Assembly: GCF_021869535.1 (NCBI RefSeq) | Contig: NW_026262701.1 | Coordinates: 10,354,001-10,418,000, forward strand | DNA from: Mytilus californianus | Taxonomy: Eukaryota | DNA length: 64,000 nt | Direction of reading: 5' to 3' | Part shown: piece after piece, positions 12,490-22,700 of the stretch | How positions within the stretch are numbered: position 1 is the stretch's first letter | How the letters are laid out: every line of letters begins with the position of its first letter | Translations under genes and position numbers: made by a program | The notes under the pieces: generated by a model | The model's database searches: none | Seen by the model: the letters and a program-made list of their open reading frames with translations, nothing else | Told to the model about the DNA's origin: nothing

Positions 12490-13490
12490 TGATCTGGCTT
12501 TACAACTGTTTTGAATTCAGCGCCTTAGATGTGTCTTATCTAGACGAAACGATCGTTTGGCGTATCAAATTATAAGCCTGGTATCTTTGATGAGTAAGCT
12601 CAACCACTGGAAAGATGCCGCTGTTTGTGGTGGACCTTTAGCCAACGAGGATGTTACCAGCCCAGTAGTCGGCTCTTTTGTGACGACATGAAATAGTATT
12701 GATATGTTCATTTTCTGTTAATTTACTGTTTATAAACTGTTGAAATACTCAAACACTAAGGTTTTAATACCCCAAGATATAAATTGCATATGCCGTATTT
12801 TGCACAACCTTTTGGAATTCTTGGTTAATAATTCTCTTCAACTTCGTTTTTGATTTGGCTTTGAAACTGTATTGATTTGCATGACGTGTCATTGGTATGT
12901 TCAATTTCTTTTAATTTACTATTACAATATTGAAATACTCAAACACTAAAGTATTTTTTTACCACCTGGTATAGATTGCCTTAGCTGTATTTAGAACAAC
13001 CTTTTGAAACGGTCGGTTGTAAATGCTCTTCAACTTCGCATTTGATTTGGCTTTGCAACGGTTCTGATTCAAGCGCCACTAATGCATATTATGCAGACGA
13101 AACGCATGTCTGGGTTACAACATCATACGCCTTATATCTTTGGTGAGTCATTTCAACTTTTGGGTAGATGCCACTGCTGGTGGTGGAAGTTTCGCCTCCG
13201 AGGGTTTCATCAACCCAGAAGTCAGCACTTGTGTGCTTATATGACATATCATTGATACGTTTGTATTCTGTTCATAAACTGTATATAAAATGTTGAAATA
13301 CTCAAAACACTAAGGTTTTTCTACCACCAGGTGTATATTGTCTTAACCGTATTTGGCATCTCGGTATACTTGGTTACTTTGTATTTGAATTTCTTTGTAA
13401 TTATTCTGATTCCAGTGCCACTGAAACGCACATCTGGTGTACCCAATTATAAGCCATGTATCTTTGATGAGTCACTGATACTTTTTTGTT
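12490..13490 (+). repeat. Tandem ~340-360-nt retrozyme-like repeats with degenerate hammerhead motifs
   Basis: Unit anchors (gatctggctt/gatttggctt) lie at ~12491, 12852, 13044 and 13386. Hammerhead-like cores (gcc-ctgatgagtc-N7-gacgaaac-gcgc-gtc-tggcg, variably mutated) lie at ~12521, 13076 and 13417. Confidence 0.65.
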
Positions 13491-14807
13491 GATGACGGAC
13501 TTAAAAGGATGCTTGGATATACGACAATTAACCAAGCAATCCAACAACAAGAACATGTAAATATGAATAAAAGGTTATGTGGAGTATAGGACAATGAAAC
13601 AGACAACCCCCCCAAAAAGATAGAAAAAAATAGAAGCCATTAAAAGTCGATATTAAAATACAAAGCAGTTGCATATGTGTTTCTGTAGTTGAAAGTATAA
13701 TAAATATGATACAGCTTAAATGAGTCGATTGTTTAAAGCTTAACTTGCCCAGCAAACAATGTGAGCACTCGCTGTTCACCGTTTTCGTCTATCGTCATAA
13801 GCTGTTTTAAAGATGTCTAAAATTGATAAAAAGTGTTTATTCAATTTGGCCTTATAATTCCATAGGGTATCTATAAAAAAAATCTCATATGCTTTTTTGA
13901 TCTGCCAATCAACAACATAGCTTCCTTGATAAACCACTTAACATAAGGATAAATTGCAAGTAATTGTCATATATCTGTTAAATCATAATAGATAACAATC
14001 TTTTCAGAGTCTTAAGTGCACAGAAAGTCATAATGATAACAGAAATTGAAAGAGCACACATCATCAGTAAATCTTCAAAAATGCTGAAATTATAAATTGA
14101 TGTTGCCAACATCAACGTTATTTGGTCTTTGGTGGATAGTTGCCTTATTGCCAATCAGGCCACATCTCCTGACTTTATATTTATATAGGAGATGCTGCCC
14201 TAAAGTAAGTTTGGATGTGAGTGTCAAGATAGAAAAGGGTTAAAAAACGATTTTATATATTTAAAGATATTTGCTCAAAAAGAAATACATGTGTATGTCC
14301 TTGATTACGATAAATATGAACATTTTTAAAAACAGTGGTTCTCTTGGTTATCTCAAATATTTCTTACACTGTCGAAATGTTATCAGAAAAAACACGGATT
14401 GACCAAACTCTGAAGGATGTAATTTAAATTGTACCTACTAAATTAAGTTTTAAGTTTTCGATAAAATTTCCCTACATTGTTAAATAAAAAGAGACAGAGG
14501 GGTTCAAAATAATGGAAAGTAGATGATAGACATGACAAACACATATCTTTACTCTTCAATTTGCTGAAAGTTTAGTTTTCAATGCCTTCAGGTTGGTATT
14601 TGATTAGCCTTTAAACTAACGTAAATGCCACTGATGAGTCTTGGGCGAACGGAATACGTGTATGGCGTACCTTATTATAAGCTTTGTACTTTTAATGATG
14701 TTTTTACCAAGATAAAAAGCCAAAAAGTGTGCCCATAGAAAATGATCACCAATAAAATATGTAAGAAATCGACTTCAATGCCGATATTTCTGAAACCAGC
14801 AATTGAA

Positions 14808-15106
14808 TACATAAACATGTTTAACCCCGCCGCATTTTTGCGCCTGTCCCAAGTCAGGAGCCTCTAGCCTTTGTCAGTCTTGTATTATTTTTAATTTTAG
14901 TTTCTTGTGTACAATTTGGAGTTTAGTATGGCGTTCATTATCACTGAACTAGTAGTATATATTTGTTTAGGGGCCAGCTGAAGGACGCCTCCGGGTGCGG
15001 GAATTTCTCGCTGCATTGAAGACCTGTTGGTGACCTTCTGCTGTTGTCTGTTCTATGGTCGGTTGTTGTCTCTTTGACACATTCCCCATTTCCATTCTCA
15101 ATTTTA
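14808..15106 (-). repeat. Interspersed repeat family 2
   Basis: It is the reverse complement of 777-1070. Confidence 0.8.
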
Positions 15107-16579
15107 TATTCTAGAATTTTTTGCCTCAAGTGATTTATTTTAAACTAATTTTACAACTGTTTGCATATTATCCCTCCCATTATAATATAATTGATAAAAC
15201 AATAAACAGCAAAACTTATTATCAGTACAAGATCTACACAAATGTCGATACGACTGAAACCAGCAATTGACTCACAATAGGAGTGATTCTCCTTAAATCA
15301 CGATTTACGTTAAGGCCTATTAACTGATAAACAGGAAAATTTATCACTTGTCCAAGATTTAAGAAAAAATCCTTAAAAGACAGAAACCAATAATTGACTC
15401 TTTATATTGTAGTTTATTCCTAAATAACATTTTTTGACCATAATTAACGTTCTCCTAAAATAAATTAGACTGAAACAATTAAACATTCATAAATATCATC
15501 CTTACAAAATATACAAATATATCGGGTTCAGGTTAGTAAAAGAATATGGTTATCAAATCTTCCGCTAAATATTTGATACATTATCTTTCAAAAATCGATA
15601 TTTTTTTATTGCCCGATACCCGTCAACCTTTTTTTGGTGTATGTCATCACGTCTAGCGATTCACAAAATGTATCAATGAACTTTTACTGTTCATGAGAAA
15701 CACGTCGGGTGCTTCTAGTTGAGCAATAATATTTTGCCCTTTCGCAACACTTATGTTCACTCCAAGATTTCCTTTAGTGTGGTTCAAGATGTTTTTGTAA
15801 GGTTTTATGTTCCTACATTGATGTCCGTGTTTGATTTGTTGGGTAAGTAAATCTACGCTTTATAAATTGTATTCATAGGTAAGCTTTTCCAGGTATACCT
15901 TGCTCAGGTATATCTTGAAATTGACGTATGTTTTCTTCGTCAGGAAAATTTCGTATTGTCATTTCAAAATCTTACTTTCGGCCAAGGATACTTTACATGT
16001 ATCGATTGTTTATGAATGTGGTGATTTCTAACGGTTAGACAAATGACAATATCTATGTAACTGTTATGCAGGAAAGCTTGTTACCGACGTGGACGTATCA
16101 AATAGTTTGAGAAACACGACGAGTTACACTTGCAACAAAATGACTGTTATTGCATTTGATTTTTGATTAGGCTCGTTTTGATAAATCTTCAGTTGCCAGT
16201 GTGGTTGTACTGGTAGATTCCTCCGTTATTCGGAGCATCCCTCGAAAGCTGCGAGAGTACAGTGGAATCCATGTATATTCCCTATCGGGATTAATGGAGA
16301 TTTGTCACTAACGTAATTACAAAAATATTTACAAGGGCAATCCCCACCCCAACACAAAGGGAGTGCTAAGACACCGGGAAGGCTGTTATTATGGTGGAGG
16401 AAGCTCTTTCAAATATTTTGTCTGAAACTAAGCTTATCAATATAATATCTGGACATTTGTGATTGCGAAGCTGTATTTGGAAAACGCCTAGTTGGCCGAG
16501 TGGTTTAACGAAGCATGTGTTCAAATCCTGATCAAAGAAATGTTATCAAAATATGCCCATTTGAGATTTAGGAGCTTAA

Positions 16580-16853
16580 GGGGGTACCCAACACTTTGAC
16601 TGAAATAGATTTCACTCGTTTAATTTTCATAAAATGTTGACCGAATATTTACTTTGACCTGTTGACAAAATTTTGAACATTTAAAGAAATGTGAACCACA
16701 CAATTTACAGGAATGATTTCACTTGATATATAGTAGTTCGACAAACCCTAATTTTGATTATTGAGAAGTTTAATTTCTCTTTACAAATAGTATGTGATTA
16801 AAACGTTCCACTGAATTTTAGAGAGTTCTCTTCCCTAGGTGTTTTGTACCCCC
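16580..16853. mobile_element. 274-bp MITE with TTAA target-site duplication (Kolobok-like)
   Basis: The element reads TTAA|gggggtacccaacac ... gtgttttgtaccccc|TTAA. Copy A has the empty site (ggagcTTAAttaaag at ~2255). TTAA TSD plus purine-starting TIRs fits Kolobok rather than piggyBac. Confidence 0.8.
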
Positions 16854-17091
16854 TTAATTAAATACATTAAAACAGTATGTGCCATTTGTAGTGTTAACGC
16901 TGTTAATCCCTTGGTTGTCAAATATAAGTCTCATTGGCAATCAAACCACATCTTCTTATATGTATTTTAAGATACAAATATAGTTAAATGACTGCATGAT
17001 AAGTATTATTGACCCATAATGACATATAAAAAATTCTGATCTGGAAGGTATGCCATCTAGGAGAATATGCAGTCATACATCATGCGTTATG

Positions 17092-17690
17092 TTATAACCC
17101 TGGATTAAACCGACAAACCATGGCATCATCCGACTTACAAAAAACTATATATTTATATAGCCTTGTTGGACTAGTGGTTTAGTGCGTTGTAAACAGTAAA
17201 AGCGGAGGTCACGATCTTTTAAGAGGATGATTGCAAATCAGAGAGAGCGAGTCCAAACATTTGCTGTTAAAATTTTGCTTATATCTGTAAGACTCAGATC
17301 GATGTCCGGCCTCTAATCGACATCCGTTCCTCAAATCCACGTCAAATTCTGACGTCATAATGAAGTATTATTCCAAATCGACGGATCAAAAACTATATAT
17401 TTATATTATAACCCTGGATTAAACCGACAAACCATGGCATCATCCGACTTACAAACAACTATATATTTATATAGCCTTGTTGGACTAGTGGTTTAGTGCG
17501 TTGTAAACAGTGAAAGCGAAGGTCACGATGTTTTGAGAGGATGAGTTCAAATCAGAGAGAGAGAGCGAGTCCAAACATTTGCTGTCAAAATTTTGCATAT
17601 ATCTGAAGACTCAGATCGATGTCCGGTCTCTAATCGACAACCGTTCCTCAAATCCACGTCCAATTCTGACGTCATAATGAAGTATAATCC
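17092..17690 (+). repeat. Direct tandem duplication, period ~314 bp, including the left end of the TIR element
   Basis: ttataaccctggattaaaccgacaaaccatggcatc... occurs at ~17092 and ~17406 with near identity. Confidence 0.85.
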
Positions 17691-18528
17691 CAAATTCTAT
17701 GCCCCTCTAATCGATGTCTTTTTTTTTCGCAAATCGACGTCCAATATTTGCTCGAACATATTTGGCATGTAATCGACGATCTTTTTACGGACTAGCCTCA
17801 ATGACGTCACAATTCTATTTAATGAAAACAACTGTCAGATGCCTGATTTGATTCAGGGATTTTCCGACAAAAAATGGTTAGTTGAACCTCAAACTCCAAA
17901 AGTTGTTAAAATATAAGATTTTAAATCTTGAAGTCCAAATGATAACACTTTTCAACAATTGACTGTATTTCTTTATTCTGTCTATTGTTTGAGGCTGTAT
18001 ATCGCCCCCTAGATGTATTGTCATATTTTTTTTTCGTTGGATTGTTGTTTTATCGTCGTATTCCCTCGTGTAATTTATTTATATGAAAATCAAAACATTA
18101 ATATGCATGTACATGTAATATCATGTCGGTGTTTGTCTTATTGTCATTTACTGATGTTTGTCCTTTTTTTTTTATTTAGTTCATTAATTGTGTTCCTTTT
18201 CATATACGTCAGCTCATTCATTATAATTTTTATAGTATATAGATATATGAAAACATTTGCTTTCCTTAAGCAGCTTTGCACAAAGCTAATACGGTACAGA
18301 TAAAATAAACAAAGATCATTCTCAGAAAAATGAAGTGAAATGATATTGGACACCGATGAGAGGACACTCCGATCGATCGGATGTTGTTTTGGTAAAACAT
18401 GGCGTCACATTGGACATCGATTAGAGGATAAAAATATTAGACACCGATTTGAGAACGTGACTTTACATCGGTCGTCGATTTGAGAAACGGACGTCGATTA
18501 GAGACTGGACGTTGATCTGAGTGTAACA
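17604..18528. mobile_element. Non-autonomous TIR/foldback element with long degenerate subterminal repeats
   Basis: The left end tgaagactcagatcgatgtccggtctctaatcgac matches the reverse complement of the right end gtcgattagagactggacgttgatctgagtgtaaca. The element is absent from copies A and C. Confidence 0.7.
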
Positions 18529-19685
18529 TATATAAAATTGTAGGGCTACATTTAAGATGAAGTGTATATACTAGATGATGTAAACATGTATATCCCATGG
18601 TTATCCAGTGGATATGCATGTCGTAGAGTTGTCCCATAAACCTGTATGTATACATGTATATGTATACAAAGATACCCACCTACTATGACGGATAGATTAA
18701 ATAAGTTGAAAATCATATCTTACTTATTATAAAGTTCTCAAAAACAATAGCCCAGACAAAAATATAACGAAAACGTTTTTTTCTAAATTTTATCAAAGTT
18801 TATTATAATTATCAGTCTCACTTGGTGCTGAAAAAGAAATGTGAAATAAGTAATATCAGAAAAATAACATCGTGTCTTCTTTTTTTTTACTCTATCATTG
18901 TTGCTCAAAGTCCAATTAAATCTTGTAAATAATGAATAGAACAGGATCAAATTTAAACAAACAAATGAATCGTACTTTTGAATTCTAGATTGCTAACATC
19001 TGGAAAAAAATTCTTTAAAATGCATAGTGCCATAATCGTCATAGTAAGACACCACTTCAGAGAAACCTATTGCTTCTCAAAAATAAATCCTTTGTTCATG
19101 TTTTCCTCGTAAATATATAAATTTCAAAAAATAATTATGCATTTGAAATATTGTATTCCTTTTGGTAAAAACAAGGATTTTGAGTAAAAATTACTCTGCT
19201 ATACAGTTTGTTCAATTTAGATTAAGAAGACTAATTGTACTAGCATTTACCATGTTTACAATATTAACCTATCATTATCTAAAATTTAACATAAATGATC
19301 ATTTTACAGTTTTCCAGGATTGAACACGTTGAATATGAGCAGTAAAAAAAAAACAAAAACAAAACATGGCCGTCTTTGCATAAGACATTTTGACGCGAAT
19401 TGTCGTTTTAGTATGACAGTCGTTTATTGTGAAATATTAATTATATATTAAAGGGAAACTTCTTCTAATGATACATTCTCTACAGGTTTTGCAGTTTGGA
19501 TTTTGCTTATTGTAAGAAGTTGAAGGACATTAGGAAAATTTAGAATAAATAATTACTGAAATCCGACAGATTAGATAAATGTGTAACAACTGGCGGATAC
19601 TATAATTGTTATTTTTCTATACATATATCCTTTACCACAAAAACTTAAATCTGTAATATTTCTACTTACATTAGTCTGATACATG

Positions 19686-19737
19686 TTAAGGATTCTCTGG
19701 ACATGGACATTGACCACGGCAACCATAGTTTTGAAGA
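19686..19737 (-). CDS. Kazal-like peptide gene, last coding exon ((H)LQNYGCRGQCPCPENP*)
   Basis: Acceptor tttttattacag| is followed by a phase-2 entry that gives the CxGxCPC Kazal C-terminus, then TAA at 19688-19686. The exon is homologous to 63273-63225. Confidence 0.82.
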
Positions 19738-22700
19738 CTGTAATAAAAAGGTATAAAATATCACTTCCAGGTCTGTCATGGACTTTTTTTAAGAAGATCA
19801 TTCAGTTCTAGGTATACATACTGTTGATTGAGCAAAGATAGTATTTTAGTGGATACTTGATTTCGTATTTTGCCAACGTTAACCCTCAGACCTTTAGGAG
19901 ATAAGTATTTCATTGAACACATATATTCGTGGTCCCTTGATTCTCATGAATTCAACAACCATTGGTAATCAACGAATAATAATGAACAGATTTTCTTTTA
20001 AATAATCTGATGAGACAAATACACTCAATCCTTAATCCTCAATTACTCGATAATAATACTATACGTAACATTGCAACAGTAATAGAAAATACATATATAA
20101 CTACACATAAGTTTCATGGAATTTTATAAAATTGATAATAGTTCTAATTGATAAATAATGCTTGTTGACCGAATTTTGAGAGTGTAGTGGTAAATAATAC
20201 ATACAACTTCTAGTTAAAGATGCAGTAAAACATATGCACATTTATTTTCTCAACAAGAATTAGCAAAAAGTAAAATAACAAAAATACCGAACTCCAAGGA
20301 AAATTCAAAACGGGAAGTCCATTATCAAATGGCAAATTCAAAAGCTCAAACAAACCAAACGAATGGAAAACAACTGTCATCTTCTTGACTTGGTACAGGT
20401 ATTTTCTTATGTAGAGATATAGCCAAAAGTTAAATGTTTATTTAGTACTGATAGTTGTCCATTGGTGTAATTTGCGCATCATATGCGAACAGTGATTTCC
20501 ATTAGCTGCCATGTTTTAGGACAACGTGCACACATTCTCTCATGAATCACCCAAACTTAACTTATTTGATGATCTCTTGTCTTAAACACAGGCATTTACA
20601 GAACAATCTGGTAACAATCAAAAAATCAACTAGTTTGCCCTCAAATATGGTGGCCAGCAATCAAATAATATGTTTTTTCGTTGTTAAGAATGCATGTAAA
20701 AGAGAGGCGAAAGATATCAAAGGGACATTCAAACTCATAAGTCGAAAATAAATTGACAACGCCCAGCTGGCTAAAAAAGAAAAACAAACCAACAGACAAT
20801 CAATAGTACACAAAACACAACATAGAAAACTAAATACTGAGCAACACAAAACCCAACAAAATCTGGGGGTGATCTCAGGTGCTCCGGAAGGGTAAGCAGA
20901 TCCTGCTCCACATGTGGCACCCGTCGTGTTGCTCATGTTAGTACAAACCCAGTAATTATAAATCTAATTCGGTAGGTCACATTCGGGAAAAGGGGACGGT
21001 ATTGTAGTTACGACATTAGGAGCATATCCGCTATCATCTGTGAAACGGATATTTCTTGGTTTAATAGCTTCCTTGTGAGCAGCAACTCTCTATCAAGGAA
21101 ATCATGATATGAAATACAAGCCCTGGAGTATCGTATCAACTGGGAGATATATACTCCGTATCCAGGCGCTGCTGGAATGTTGCTACATAAAAATGGAAAG
21201 TTCACAATTGGGAAGCTGAAATCATCTCTTTTGTCATAAAGTTTTATTTTCAGCCGATATCTCAAAAGCCATTGTAAAGTATGATGTTTACCTGGCATTT
21301 CTCAAAAAAGATTTACTACGAATTTTCTTTAAAAATACATATGCTATTGCAACTAAAATTTCTGTTTTATTAACATAACATAATTTTGATTGAATTTCCA
21401 GAAGTATCATCAAATTCATTTTGTAAAAATAAAAGGTTTGTACGTAAAAATCAATCAACAATGAGGTTTCTATGGACAATACATTCACGACGTCATGTTT
21501 ACTTTTGCCTTTTCGGTGCTTTTTAACAGTGTGCGGAAGATTCAACTATTTATATTAAGGCAAAATCGACTTCGGATACCCAACCAATTAATTTTTCTAG
21601 GACTGGTTTTCAAGAAACAATGTTTCGAAATTAGAATTTCTGAACTGGTTCAGATATGTACATATATTTTATAATTAGTTCTTTTATTAACAGGATTTCT
21701 TATTTGTTTAATCCCGGACAGTAAAAAGATATAAAAGTTATAGCCATATATTTTTATAGTATTAATCTGGAGTTCATTGGGCTAATGTTGTATGCAAAAT
21801 TTCATTAAAGAAAACGTCATGTCGACAACTTTCGTCACCTTACGGTAGGTATTAATAAAAACGTAAGGTGGTAGCAAATAAACCAATGGGAATAAATTCT
21901 ACAATGTATTAATTTAACAAATGCTTTACACAAGAGGCGAAAGATACCAAAGGGACATTCAAACTCATAAATGGAAAATTAACTGACAAATCCATGGTTA
22001 AAAAAAAGAAAAGACCAACAGACAAACAACAGTACACAAAACACAATATAGAAAACTAAAGACTAAGCAACACGAACCCCATCAAAAATTTGGGCTGATC
22101 TCAGGTGCTAACAAACATTTCTATTTATTCAAATGTGAAAAAAAAAAGAACGCATTTCTCTCATATACTCTCACTCTCTGATTCATGTCCGGGAAATTTG
22201 GGTCCTCAATGCTCTTAAACTTCGTACTTTGTCCTTTTTAAGTTTTTTTTATTCGAGCTTCAGTGATGAGTATTTTGTAGACAAAACGTGCTCCTGGCGT
22301 ATAAATGTTTAAGTCTAGTATCTATGATGAGTTTATTGGCTATACTTTATGTCAACTACATGAACGGTCATATCAGCTCCTCAAGTTTGTTTTAGATTTT
22401 GATTCCAAACATTTTGGCTTTGAGTATCAATAAAGAGCCATGATTTGTTGGAATGAGCTTCAAGTGCAGTAAAAATGATCCCGTGTTATGCTATTGTTAT
22501 TACTGAGTCGTAGCGTATATCAATCTTGGAAGTGTATTGCTGCGATACTGGCAAGAAAATACGGATATCGATTAATGAATTATGCAGTGGTGAAACTATT
22601 GAAATTATTTGAATTATGGAATGTATCTCTTATAAAAAGTTCTGTTTCATCCTCTGTGTTTGGCTATACTTGTGTGCCTTTTATTACTATGTTTGCATCC

